Below are positions 51,132 to 60,569 of a DNA stretch of 64,000 bases, piece by piece. The position numbers and the translations under genes are program-made. Numbering within the stretch: the first letter of the stretch is position 1; every line of letters begins with the position of its first letter. The notes under the pieces were generated by a model. The model searched no databases. It was not told where the DNA came from and worked only from the letters and a program-made list of their open reading frames with translations. The stretch is from assembly GCA_963650385.1 (NCBI GenBank), contig CAVJLL010000005.1:5959-69958 (forward strand), given 5' to 3'. This DNA is from Clostridium sp. CAG:508. GTDB taxonomy: Bacteria > Bacillota > Clostridia > Lachnospirales > Lachnospiraceae.

Positions 51132-52432
51132 GCAATACTCCGATAAATTTCCAGAATCCGCTGGTAGTTGGTGCTGGGATTGTGTCGCACCACTGCCGTT
51201 TTGTGTGCCGCACTGGCAAGCCGGCAGGCAAACTGATCGTTTTCAAACAAATTGCAGACATCCTCCGCCAGGGCCTGGACGTCCCCCATCGGGAACAGAA
51301 GGCCCTCCTCGCCGTTCTTGACAAGGTCCGGGATTCCTCCTGCCCTCGAGGCTGCCACCGGCATCCCCAGGAGCATGGCTTCGCACAGGGAATTGGGGGA
51401 GTTCTCCACCACCGACGGACAGATGAACACGTGGCTTTTCTGGTAGCGCTGCTTCATCTGCTGTGCATTCAAGGAGCCCAGCATGACAACATGCCCCTCG
51501 AGATTTCCCTCCCGTATCAGACGCTTTAAATACACGCCGTAGGCCGAGATCCACACCGGCTCCGGCAGCTTTTTGCGCGGGATCGCGCCGCCCACATTGC
51601 CGATCACGGAATTGCCCGCAACGTATATTTTCGCATCGGGGAAGTGCTTCAGGATCTCGGGCATGGCCTGCAGCACGAAATGGAAGCCCTTCAGCGGATA
51701 ATCGCCCTGGCTTAAGAAAATCGTGTGGCGCTCCACGCTGTTCAGATCCCATCGTCCTTCGTAGAATTCCGGGCGCAGGGTCTCGTTCAGCAGGTGGTAT
51801 ACGGCATCCGGGTGGATGGCCGCCGTCCCCTCACGGTCAAACGCCGTGCGTCCCGTGATGTGCATCACCTGCCGCAGCGTTTCCTTCTCATTCTCCGCCC
51901 GGGCATAGTACTTCCTCTGCTGGTCCTTCAGCGAGTCGCGGCGCACAATGTCCCGGAAGGTTCTGGCGCGCTGCACCTTGTAGGGGAGCTCCGCCATGTA
52001 AGTGTCCGCAATGGCTGCACACAGCCCCTGCATGCCGACCAGTGTCTTCTCCGGCTTCCCAAAGGCGCGCACCATCGCCAGCGCATGCGGAAACTCCGTG
52101 CCGAAAATGTGCACGATGTCGGGCTGAAAGTCATTCAGGATCTCCTGAAAGCGCTGCACGAGGTGCTCATCGTAATGCTCCGGCGTGTCCAGGTTCTCGG
52201 TGTAGCCGTAGAAAACCGCCCCTTCAATCTCCCGGCGGCACCCGGCCAGAGACGCCGGCACCGGCACGCACACGCCCAGCTCCAGGAGCTTCTCCTCGCG
52301 CCCGGTTTCCACCTTTTCCTGCACCAGCCGGTGAAAGCTCCCGGTCAGCCATCCCTCCCGGTTGGAAAAGGGAAGCCCCTCGGCTGCCGCGAATACCGGC
52401 AGCATGATGTTGCATAACCACAAAACCTTCAT
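51128..52432 (-). CDS. Glycosyltransferase family 4
   Basis: ENSPNSLCEAMLLGMPVAASRAGGIPDLVKNGEEGLLF, typical of the GT4 donor-binding region. Confidence 0.85.
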   Translation of the reverse strand: MKVLWLCNIMLPVFAAAEGLPFSNREGWLTGSFHRLVQEKVETGREEKLLELGVCVPVPASLAGCRREIEGAVFYGYTENLDTPEHYDEHLVQRFQEILNDFQPDIVHIFGTEFPHALAMVRAFGKPEKTLVGMQGLCAAIADTYMAELPYKVQRARTFRDIVRRDSLKDQQRKYYARAENEKETLRQVMHITGRTAFDREGTAAIHPDAVYHLLNETLRPEFYEGRWDLNSVERHTIFLSQGDYPLKGFHFVLQAMPEILKHFPDAKIYVAGNSVIGNVGGAIPRKKLPEPVWISAYGVYLKRLIREGNLEGHVVMLGSLNAQQMKQRYQKSHVFICPSVVENSPNSLCEAMLLGMPVAASRAGGIPDLVKNGEEGLLFPMGDVQALAEDVCNLFENDQFACRLASAAHKTAVVRHNPSTNYQRILEIYRSIA

Positions 52433-52433
52433 A

Positions 52434-53243
52434 TCACTGTTTCCTGTAAATTCTGTTCTTCACCTTATCATACAGCGCCGCCGTCGCCGGAGAGGAGGCA
52501 AGCTTTTCCCGCAGCGGCTGCAGGCTCAGGAGCATCGCCAGGCGATAGCGCAGGCACTCCCCGGCGCCGAAATACTGCTGCGTAATCTCCCGGTGCTCTC
52601 TTGCCGAGCATTTCCGGTTCTCCTTCGTCTCCGAAAAGCCCCCGCCCTCGTAATCTGCTATGATCCGATCCATCGCATGCGCCTCGGCCCCGGCGCACAG
52701 CACGCACCACAGGAAATGCTCGTAATCCGCACGGACGCGGTAACGAAGATCGAACTGCCGCTCCTCGAGCAGATCCCGGCTGTAGAAGCACGCCTGGTGG
52801 CAGGGGAGGTTCCGGTACATCGCAAAATGCGTCATTGCCGGCTTGGCGGCCACCCGCTGCCCGGTCCGCTTCTCCCACACGTCTCCGTAGTATATGACCG
52901 GTCGGCTGCTCCCGTCCCACTCCTTCTGGATGCAGCTCACGGTCTCCGACAGGACCTTTGCATCATGCAAAAGATCGCCGCAGTTGAGAAAATACAAAAA
53001 TTCTCCCTTCGCCGCTGCGACTGCCTGATTCATTCCGTCGTAAATCCCATTGTCCCTGCTCTTTATCACGCGGATTCTGGGATCCTCCGGAAGGCGCTCC
53101 AGGCTCCCGTCCGTAGAGCCCGCATCCTTTATGATCATTTCGTAGTCCTGAAATTCCTGAGAGAGGACGCTTTGCACGGTCGCCGCCAGCCGATCCCCCG
53201 GCTGGTAGCAGGGCGTTATGATGCTGAAAAAGGGATTGTTCAT
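52434..53243 (-). CDS. Glycosyltransferase family 2
   Basis: FSIITPCYQPGDRLAATVQSVLSQ...IIKDAGSTDGS N-terminal GT-A pattern. GGGAG RBS. Confidence 0.85.
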   Translation of the reverse strand: MNNPFFSIITPCYQPGDRLAATVQSVLSQEFQDYEMIIKDAGSTDGSLERLPEDPRIRVIKSRDNGIYDGMNQAVAAAKGEFLYFLNCGDLLHDAKVLSETVSCIQKEWDGSSRPVIYYGDVWEKRTGQRVAAKPAMTHFAMYRNLPCHQACFYSRDLLEERQFDLRYRVRADYEHFLWCVLCAGAEAHAMDRIIADYEGGGFSETKENRKCSAREHREITQQYFGAGECLRYRLAMLLSLQPLREKLASSPATAALYDKVKNRIYRKQ

Positions 53244-53256
53244 AATTAACTCCCGT

Positions 53257-53313
53257 GCCGCCTTTTACTGCGGCAGCCTGAGGAGAATTGCGCGAAGGCG
53301 AATTCTCCGATAG
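53257..53313. repeat. Family R3 (copy b)
   Basis: GCCGCCTTTTACTGCGGCAGCCTGAGGAGAATTGCGCGAAGGCGAATTCTCCGATAG. Its position and orientation relative to the flanking cistrons (EpsG-like stop, GT2 start) match copy a. Confidence 0.8.
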
Positions 53314-53315
53314 GA

Positions 53316-54563
53316 TCAGCTCTTCCCGATGCTGCCGGAGGGCGTCTGATTCAGATCGTGGAACAGAAAGCTCTTGTACGGCAGGATTTTGATGGTATCA
53401 CGATACGCTGTTTTCAGGAAAAAGGCAAAATACAGCGCCGCTCCCAGTATGACCAGCGCGGTAAGGCAGCTTCGGGCGTTTCCGCGCACGTTCACCGGCA
53501 CTTTCCGGCGCCCGCTATGCGGTTTCTCCGGGTACCGGGCTTCTGTTTCGGTGTCCTTCTGTGCTCTTATCCGGAGGTTCTCCGGCAGCCGGTCCAGGAG
53601 CATCGGGATCAGGAAGATCTGCGTGAAGGTCAGGTAATAGCAGATGCGCGAGACCTCCGGAATGAACCAGCCGAAGATGTACAGGAGAAGCGCCAGGAAG
53701 GAGCCGTTGATGTACACGCGGAGTGCGCGGCAGCTGACGGTTTCCGGCTTCTCCTCTTCATTTGCTCTGGCCATCCTGCGTTTCACCAGTACAGCCAGCG
53801 CCAGCACGGCAGCGCACCGTGCAATGTTGACCCAGGAAACGCTGGTGCCTGCTGCCAGGTCCCCTGTTCCCTCCCAGGACGGGTACAGCGTCACCAACAG
53901 CTGCAGCACCTGCCGGTGAAAGACAAGGACACCGGCCCCTGCGCCTGCTGCCAATATCCTCTGCAGCCGCGTCCAGCGGTGAAGTGCCAGCGGATACAGG
54001 ACCAGTGCGACCAGCGCTGACTTATGGAAGAGCGCCGCGAACAGGACCAGGAGCACAAAGCCCGCATATTGTTTTCTCAGGATGCAGGATAACGCCAGAA
54101 GTGCAATGCTTAGTGCCAGATAATACCGCACGGTATTAAAGCTCTGAAAATAATAGCCGAGCATCATGAAAAGGAAGAAAGAAAAAGTAAAATTCTCAGC
54201 CTGCCGCCAGATGACCGTCAGCATATTTCCGATGGTCCAGACAGAAAAGACGGCAAAGACCAGCAGGTAGTTCTCGTAGCCGCACAGGCGGTACAGCGCC
54301 TTTACCAGCAGATTAAACCCCGCCTCCGTCGGCACATAGGAGTCGATGGACGCCAGATGAAAGAATTCCACATAGCGAAGGTAATCGTTTCCCGTCTCCT
54401 GCCGCAGCACCGCCGGCACGATGAGGAGCAGCGCCAGGAGTGCCAGACAGGACCGGCGCAGCACCGCCCCACGGGTTCCTGCCGCGCATTCGTGCGTCCG
54501 GTCTGCCGCATTGGCCGCCGCCACCGAGGCTGCAGCCAATGCGATGTATAAGATCACGCCCAT
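53316..54563 (-). CDS. EpsG/Wzy-like polysaccharide polymerase (polytopic membrane protein)
   Basis: About 415 aa with more than 10 TM segments, embedded among glycosyltransferases. ATG at 54563 lies 8 nt after the upstream stop. The family call rests on context and topology. Confidence 0.65.
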   Translation of the reverse strand: MGVILYIALAAASVAAANAADRTHECAAGTRGAVLRRSCLALLALLLIVPAVLRQETGNDYLRYVEFFHLASIDSYVPTEAGFNLLVKALYRLCGYENYLLVFAVFSVWTIGNMLTVIWRQAENFTFSFFLFMMLGYYFQSFNTVRYYLALSIALLALSCILRKQYAGFVLLVLFAALFHKSALVALVLYPLALHRWTRLQRILAAGAGAGVLVFHRQVLQLLVTLYPSWEGTGDLAAGTSVSWVNIARCAAVLALAVLVKRRMARANEEEKPETVSCRALRVYINGSFLALLLYIFGWFIPEVSRICYYLTFTQIFLIPMLLDRLPENLRIRAQKDTETEARYPEKPHSGRRKVPVNVRGNARSCLTALVILGAALYFAFFLKTAYRDTIKILPYKSFLFHDLNQTPSGSIGKS

Positions 54564-54571
54564 AGTACCGA

Positions 54572-55435
54572 TCACTCCCTCTCTTCCAGACGGATCCCCT
54601 TCCGCATGATGCCAAGGGCCTTCCGCAAGGGGAGCTGCACACACATCACCTTGCGGTGTGCCAGCAGAAAGCGAAGCGCCATCGCACCGGCAAGCCGCCC
54701 GTACAGATCGCGGTACAGAACGCCCCGGTCATAGAAGAATTTCTCATTATAGCCCTCAAACCACGTGGAGCTCTCATCCTCCCGGGCGCTCTCGTGTCCG
54801 ATCTCCACCGGCACCGCCCAGATCCGCAGGCCCTTGTGCAGGCAGTCATGGATGAACAGACTGTCCTCCCCGTTGGAATAGGGCGCACCGCCGCCGTACA
54901 GGAGAGAAAACCACACATTTGCTCTGCGGAGGGCGTCCAGCCTGGCCGCCATTGCATACGTAGGATAGCGCCCGTAGTTGTACCAGCGCACCCTCTTGCG
55001 GCGCCGGTTCTCATAAGTCCTGCGGCTCTCCACCGCATGCACGTTGAACATTAAGATGTCCGCCTGCGGATTCTCCTCAAAGGCCTTCAACACCGACTCC
55101 TCATAGTCATCGTCGTATACAATGTCCTCGTCGGCGAACAGAACGATCTCCGCCGTGGCCCGCAGCAGCGCATTGTTGCGGTTTCTGCCCACGCCGCGCT
55201 CATTGAAGGCCAGCGTCCGGATCCGGTGTCCCTTCCTCTCAAATTCACTGTAGGACACCTCCTGGCACTGGTTGCAGATCAGCGCATCCGTGGACAGATT
55301 CATGCGGTCCGCCAGTGTAATGTCGTTTTCCTGCAGCGCCGCGACCAGCACCTCCAGGTGCTGCCTCTTCACTCTTCCGGTGAGAGGGTCCGTTTCCGGC
55401 ATGTCAATGCGGCTGTAAACTCTACTTTCGTCCAT
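54572..55435 (-). CDS. GT-A-fold glycosyltransferase
   Basis: GRNRNNALLRATAEIVLFADEDIVYDDDY (DxD region). The start is ambiguous (ATG 55435 or 55402). Confidence 0.7.
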   Translation of the reverse strand: MDESRVYSRIDMPETDPLTGRVKRQHLEVLVAALQENDITLADRMNLSTDALICNQCQEVSYSEFERKGHRIRTLAFNERGVGRNRNNALLRATAEIVLFADEDIVYDDDYEESVLKAFEENPQADILMFNVHAVESRRTYENRRRKRVRWYNYGRYPTYAMAARLDALRRANVWFSLLYGGGAPYSNGEDSLFIHDCLHKGLRIWAVPVEIGHESAREDESSTWFEGYNEKFFYDRGVLYRDLYGRLAGAMALRFLLAHRKVMCVQLPLRKALGIMRKGIRLEERE

Positions 55436-56591
55436 AATATTTTTTCAGATAGGAGCCGTCTGCCTCCGCCAGAATGAGGCCGGCCAGATGGCTTCCCTTC
55501 ACAGTAAGCTGCGTGCACAAATGCTCCGTCACTGCAGCGTTTCTTTTCCCAAACGGCACTGCCAGACACAACTGTGCAGCCTGCAGCGCTTCCGCGGCCT
55601 GCGTCGGCACCTGTGCCGTGTCTTCCGCCTGTGTCGAGTTCCCGGCCTGCGCCGATACCTGTGCCGAGGTTCCCGCTTGTGTCTGTGCCTGTGCTGATTT
55701 TCCAGTCTGTGCCAGTACCTGTGCCGCGTTTCTGGCCTGCGCCGCAATGCCATAGCGCTCCTGCAATACAGACGCTGTCTGCTCCGCCAGGGCTTCCTCT
55801 TCAGCAATCACCAAAAGCGCCGTTTCTCCCAGCGCTTTAGCGACTTCCGCATTTTCCTTCTCCAGAAATCCCGGGAGGGCGCCGGCTTTTTGGGCCTCGT
55901 CCTGACAAAGCGTAAAGAGCACCGGCAAACCGTATCGGGCCGACGCCTCCTCCGCACAATACACCGCGCCGTTTAAGACCTCATACAGCCAGACTGCAGC
56001 CGCCGAGATGAGAAGTCCCAGAAGTGCTCCCAGAATCACCGCGCCCTGGCTACGGTCCTTCACCGTAACCGGCTCCACATCGCCGGAGGAGAGGAACTCG
56101 ATGCTCTCGAACTGCTCCGCCGTGTGTCCGTAGCGAACCAGTGCGTCCTGCATCGCATTCGTGAGCTCCTGCACGGTCTGCGGATCGCTGTCCGTCACCT
56201 GAATGGTCAGAACGCGGACATCCGAGAGAATCTGTGCCTCGATGTCCTCTCTTGCCTGCTCCATCGTCACGCCGTCGGAGAGCTCCGACTCCAGAACCTG
56301 TGAGATGGCAGGCACCGAGAAAATCAGATCGTTCCACGTATAGTCATTGTAGTAGTCCTGCACGTTTCCCGCGCTGTCAGCCGCAAAGGTCAGATAGAAC
56401 TTGGAGGTCTGCCGGTACTGCCGCTGTCCGGAGAGGTGCAGCCACAGCCCCATATAGAGAATCACTGCGGCAAGAGCCCCGATCGCCGTGCCGGCCGGAA
56501 TCCACCAGAGCTGGCCGCGAACGCGGAGCCAAAGGCTCCGCCGGTTGATTGCTTCGTCCATATGTGCTGCATTCATCCGTTTCTGGTTCAT
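55422..56591 (-). CDS. Wzz/PCP-like chain-length regulator fused to a degenerate BY-kinase-like C-terminal region
   Basis: Two TM helices flank a periplasm-like domain. The C-terminal part ends in a Tyr-containing tail (GSYLKKYYGRK), but I find no Walker A (GxxGxGK[ST]). It contains an AQ/TQ-rich low-complexity repeat encoded at about 55570-55760. Confidence 0.65.
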   Translation of the reverse strand: MNQKRMNAAHMDEAINRRSLWLRVRGQLWWIPAGTAIGALAAVILYMGLWLHLSGQRQYRQTSKFYLTFAADSAGNVQDYYNDYTWNDLIFSVPAISQVLESELSDGVTMEQAREDIEAQILSDVRVLTIQVTDSDPQTVQELTNAMQDALVRYGHTAEQFESIEFLSSGDVEPVTVKDRSQGAVILGALLGLLISAAAVWLYEVLNGAVYCAEEASARYGLPVLFTLCQDEAQKAGALPGFLEKENAEVAKALGETALLVIAEEEALAEQTASVLQERYGIAAQARNAAQVLAQTGKSAQAQTQAGTSAQVSAQAGNSTQAEDTAQVPTQAAEALQAAQLCLAVPFGKRNAAVTEHLCTQLTVKGSHLAGLILAEADGSYLKKYYGRK

Positions 56592-56644
56592 GTTCCTCGT
56601 TTCGTTCTTACTGTCTGCCCCGAAGCCTGAATAAACACCGCGGG

Positions 56645-58078
56645 TTATTCTGCATGCGGTGCGTCCGTCTTCTCTTTTGCAGCATCTGCGCTCTCGCTGC
56701 CGGCCATCGCCGTCACCTGTCCGTCCGCCACGCCCTCGGTAGCTTCCGGCGTGAACAGAATCTTCAGGGTCAGCAGCATCAGCTTCAGATCCAGACCGAT
56801 GGAATAATTCTGAATGTAGGTCAGGTCGAGCTTGAGCTTGTCATAGGGGGTGGTGTTGTATTTGCCATACACCTGCGCATACCCCGCAAGTCCGGCCTTC
56901 ACCTTCATGCGGTAAACAAATTCCGGCATCTCCTGCACGTACTGTGCAATGATCTCCGGGCGCTCCGGGCGCGGTCCGATGAAGGACATCTCGCCCTTCA
57001 GAATGTTGATCAGCTGCGGCAGCTCATCGATGCGCACAGCCCGGATAAAATGCCCGATGGGCGTAATCCGGTCGTCGTGCTCCGAGGAAAGCCGTGCCAC
57101 ACCGTCCCGCTCTGCATCCACCCGCATGCTGCGGAACTTGATGATCCGGAATTCCTTCTGTCCCATGGTGCAGCGAACCTGCTTGTAGAACACCGGCCCA
57201 TGGTCGTAGCACTTGATCAGAATCGCCGTGATCAGGAAAAACGGCGACGTCAGCACCAGCAGAATCAATGCGCAGACAATGTCGATGGCGCGCTTGCAGA
57301 AGCGTTCGCCGAAGCTGAGCGCATATTCCCGGGTCAGATAAATCGGCGTGTCGAACAGATGGAGCTGCGCAGAGCCCTTCACCAGCACATCGGTGATCTT
57401 CGGCATCATGTACTGCCGGATGCCGGCCGCATAGCAGAACTTCATCAGCTCGCTCCGGTCTGCTGTCGGAATGTCCCACAGCACCACTGCCTTCTTGCCG
57501 GCATTCTGAATTCTGTCCTCAATGGTCTCCAGTCCCTCTGTGATACAGATGGTGTCGGTGACCTCGTATTTTTCCGGGCGGCTGGCGAATTTACGCAGAA
57601 TCGGCTCGATGGAGCGCTCTCCGTGCACCAGAATCAGCTGCGTCGGCGGGAATACCCGGTGATAGACCCGGTCCGAAATCTGAATCCACAGTACGGCAAA
57701 TGCGATCTGCACCAGTGTCACCAGCAGCGCCCATCCCATGGGCAGCATCCAGTTGCGCAGGAGCGAATCCTGCAGATAGGTAAACGCGTTCACCAAAAGG
57801 AGCGAGAAAATCTGAGACAGGCTGACGTCAAAGGGCTTCTGGTAGCCGACATCCATGCCGCCGTAGGTCTTTGTAAAGAACAGCAGCAGCACAAAATACA
57901 GCAGCAGCACCAGAATGTGTCCGTTGCGGTAGAACTTCAGCCGCAGGCGGACCAACGGATAGTATATGGTAAACCAAAGCCATGCATAGATCGCCGTCTG
58001 AATCAGGAGCCCTGCAAGAGGCATCTCCAGCGCTGCCACACGGCGCATGGACCTGTGTCTTTTCGCGGAATCGTTCAT
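56645..58078 (-). CDS. Polyprenyl-phosphate sugar-phosphate transferase (priming glycosyltransferase, WbaP/EpsE-like)
   Basis: LTSPFFLITAILIKCYDHGPVFYKQVRCTMGQKEFRIIKFRSMRVDAE...DDRITPIGHFIRAVRIDELPQLINILKGEMSFIGPRPERPE. Confidence 0.92.
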   Translation of the reverse strand: MNDSAKRHRSMRRVAALEMPLAGLLIQTAIYAWLWFTIYYPLVRLRLKFYRNGHILVLLLYFVLLLFFTKTYGGMDVGYQKPFDVSLSQIFSLLLVNAFTYLQDSLLRNWMLPMGWALLVTLVQIAFAVLWIQISDRVYHRVFPPTQLILVHGERSIEPILRKFASRPEKYEVTDTICITEGLETIEDRIQNAGKKAVVLWDIPTADRSELMKFCYAAGIRQYMMPKITDVLVKGSAQLHLFDTPIYLTREYALSFGERFCKRAIDIVCALILLVLTSPFFLITAILIKCYDHGPVFYKQVRCTMGQKEFRIIKFRSMRVDAERDGVARLSSEHDDRITPIGHFIRAVRIDELPQLINILKGEMSFIGPRPERPEIIAQYVQEMPEFVYRMKVKAGLAGYAQVYGKYNTTPYDKLKLDLTYIQNYSIGLDLKLMLLTLKILFTPEATEGVADGQVTAMAGSESADAAKEKTDAPHAE

Positions 58079-59011
58079 TTATTCAAGCTCTTCCTTTGTG
58101 ATATAAATCGGGCGTCCCTTAACCTCGAGATAGGTTTTGGACAAATACTGGCCGATAACACCGAGGCACAGAAGCTGTATGCCGCTCACCATCAGAATGA
58201 TGCACACCATGCTGGGCCAGCCGCTGGTGGGGTCGCCCATGAGGAGCTTCCGCACGATTACGACAACGATCATCAAAAACGCGATGCCGCAGAAGGCCAC
58301 GCCCGCCAGCGCCGCCATGGCCAGCGGAACGGTGGAATACGCCACAATCCCGTCCATTGCGTATACGAACAGCTTCCAGAAGGACCATTTGGTCTGGCCG
58401 TACTTGCGTTCCACGTTCTCGAATTCGATCCAACGGGTCTTAAAGCCGACCCATTCAAAGATTCCCTTCGAGAACCGGTTGTACTCCTTCACCTCCAGAA
58501 TGGCATCCACCACGCACCGCTTCATCAGGCGAAAATCCCGGGCCCCGTCCACAATTTCCGTCTTGGAGAACCGGTTGATGAGCTTGTAGAACTGGCGAGC
58601 AAAAAAGGACCGGATGGGCGGCTCGCCCTTCCGGGTAACCCGCCTTGTTGCCGCCTGATCGTAGCCGTCCCACAGATATCCGAACATTTCCGGCAGGAGT
58701 GAGGGCGGATCCTGCAGATCGGCATCCATCACCGCCACATATTCGCCCTTTGCGTGCTGCAGGCCTGCGTACATGGCCGCCTCTTTTCCGAAATTCCGGG
58801 AAAAGGAAATCATGTGAACCCTTGCGTCGCTCTTACGCAGCTCCTTTACCTTCTCTACGGTTTTATCCCGGGAGCCGTCGTCCACATACAGGAGCTCGAA
58901 CTCCAGTCCGTGCTCCTGAAAGAATGCGTCGTTCTTCATGAATTCCCGGTAAAAATATTCGATGTTCTCCTCTTCGTTGTAGCAGGGAACGATCGCCGTG
59001 AATAATGCCAT
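58079..59011 (-). CDS. Polyprenyl-phosphate glycosyltransferase (GtrB/ArnC-like GT2)
   Basis: IVPCYNEEENI...YVDDGSRDKT...FSRNFGKEAAMYAGL...MDADLQDPP plus two C-terminal TM helices. ATG at 59011 with an AAGGAAGGA RBS. Confidence 0.88.
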   Translation of the reverse strand: MALFTAIVPCYNEEENIEYFYREFMKNDAFFQEHGLEFELLYVDDGSRDKTVEKVKELRKSDARVHMISFSRNFGKEAAMYAGLQHAKGEYVAVMDADLQDPPSLLPEMFGYLWDGYDQAATRRVTRKGEPPIRSFFARQFYKLINRFSKTEIVDGARDFRLMKRCVVDAILEVKEYNRFSKGIFEWVGFKTRWIEFENVERKYGQTKWSFWKLFVYAMDGIVAYSTVPLAMAALAGVAFCGIAFLMIVVVIVRKLLMGDPTSGWPSMVCIILMVSGIQLLCLGVIGQYLSKTYLEVKGRPIYITKEELE

Positions 59012-59178
59012 TGTCTGTCCTTCCTTTGCCAAATACCAGGTTCAAAAGGTCTGCACATCTGATACAGGCTTGCCTGCGAGAGGATGTGTGACCTTGGGGC
59101 CCGCCAAAACATGAGCGGATTACGAATGTTCCGAGGCTTACCGGAGCACAACATGCGCGGCAATCCGGTATCTTACGA

Positions 59179-60363
59179 TCATCCGCGCGGAATTTCACGC
59201 GGGCCGCCGCCGATCTCCAAGGTATAGAAGGAAGCCGCATAGCCCACCTTCTGCAGATAAACCTCTCCGAGCTTGCGGCAGAAATCCTCCACCGCCTCAT
59301 CCTTTACAATGCTGACCGTGCAGCCGCCGAAGCCGCCGCCCGTGATGCGGGAGCCCAGAACCCCCGGCAGCTTCCAGGCCTCCTCGGCCAGGATGTCCGC
59401 CTCCGGGCAGGAGGTCTCATAATCATCGCGAAGCGATACGTGGGATTCATTCATCAGCTTGCCGAAGCGCTCCACATCGCCTGCCTGGAGCGCCGCCACT
59501 GCCTCAATGGTGCGCTGATTCTCGTACACCGCGTGCTTGGCCCTTCTGCGGCAGACCTCGTCCTGAATCAGCTCCTTGTTCTCCTCATATTCCTCAATGG
59601 AAAGGTCTCCCAGTGTCTGAACGGAAAGCTTTGTCTGCAGGTCGGCCAGTGCCTGTGCACATTGCTGTCTCCGGAGGTTGTATTCCGAATCCACCAGGCT
59701 GTGCTTTTTGTTGGTGTTGGTTACCATCAGCTTCATGCCGTCCAGCTGCAGCGGCGCATAGGTGAATTCCATGCTGTTGGTGTCCAGGAAAATGGCATTG
59801 CCTTCCTTGCCCATCGCCGATGCAAACTGATCCATGATGCCGCACTTCATGCCGTTGTACTCGTTCTCGGAGTACTGTCCGATGAAGGCCAGATCCTGGT
59901 TGGAGATTTCCTCCTCCAGATGGAAGAACGCACGCAGCATCTCCCCTGTCAGCACCTCCAGCGAGGCCGAGGAGGACAATCCGGATCCGTTCGGAATATC
60001 GCCGTAGATCACCATGTCAAAGCCGCTGTCGATGGGATGTCCCTTCTGGCCGAAGGCCCAGACAACGCCCTTCGGGTAATTGGTCCAGCCCGCCTGTTTG
60101 GAAGGAACCAGATCGTCCAGTGATGTCGTAATCACACCGGCCTTTGCAAAATTGGCGGAGAAAAACCGCATCGCGCGGTCCGGGCGCTTTCTCGCCGCCG
60201 CGTAGGTCCCGAGACTGATTGCGCACGGGAATACGTGTCCGCCGTTGTAATCCGTATGCTCGCCGATCAGATTCACGCGCCCCGGCGCATAGAAAAGGCG
60301 CACTCCCTCGGTGTCGCCGAACTGCTCTTCAAATGCCTGTAAAACCTTCTGTGTCTGCAGCAT
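59179..60363 (-). CDS. galK: Galactokinase
   Basis: GRVNLIGEHTDYNGG galactokinase signature and the GHMP motif PNGSGLSSSASL. ATG at 60363 with a GGAGG RBS; the track start at 60369 is a TTG. Confidence 0.95.
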   Translation of the reverse strand: MLQTQKVLQAFEEQFGDTEGVRLFYAPGRVNLIGEHTDYNGGHVFPCAISLGTYAAARKRPDRAMRFFSANFAKAGVITTSLDDLVPSKQAGWTNYPKGVVWAFGQKGHPIDSGFDMVIYGDIPNGSGLSSSASLEVLTGEMLRAFFHLEEEISNQDLAFIGQYSENEYNGMKCGIMDQFASAMGKEGNAIFLDTNSMEFTYAPLQLDGMKLMVTNTNKKHSLVDSEYNLRRQQCAQALADLQTKLSVQTLGDLSIEEYEENKELIQDEVCRRRAKHAVYENQRTIEAVAALQAGDVERFGKLMNESHVSLRDDYETSCPEADILAEEAWKLPGVLGSRITGGGFGGCTVSIVKDEAVEDFCRKLGEVYLQKVGYAASFYTLEIGGGPREIPRG

Positions 60364-60414
60364 GATCAACCCCTCCGTTCTTTATCGTCTGCCGCCTAAG
60401 ATTCTTGAACCTTG

Positions 60415-60423
60415 ATTATACCA
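60415..60423 (-). promoter_or_regulatory. Candidate extended -10 (TGGTATAAT) for galK
   Basis: The minus strand reads TGGTATAAT about 50 nt upstream of the galK ATG. Confidence 0.4.
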
Positions 60424-60460
60424 GAAATCGAACACAGCGTTTGTAAAACCTGCTGCCGCC

Positions 60461-60486
60461 AAAAAGGCCCCGGCATCGCCGGGGCC
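60461..60486 (-). terminator. Intrinsic terminator downstream of degV
   Basis: On the minus strand: GGCCCCGGCGATGCCGGGGCC followed by TTTTT. Confidence 0.75.
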
Positions 60487-60569
60487 CTCGTCTTTATCTT
60501 CCTGCAGCGATTCTGCGAATGGGCTCTGAATACTTACCGTCCATTTATAAAATCGCTGCTACACCGTTT

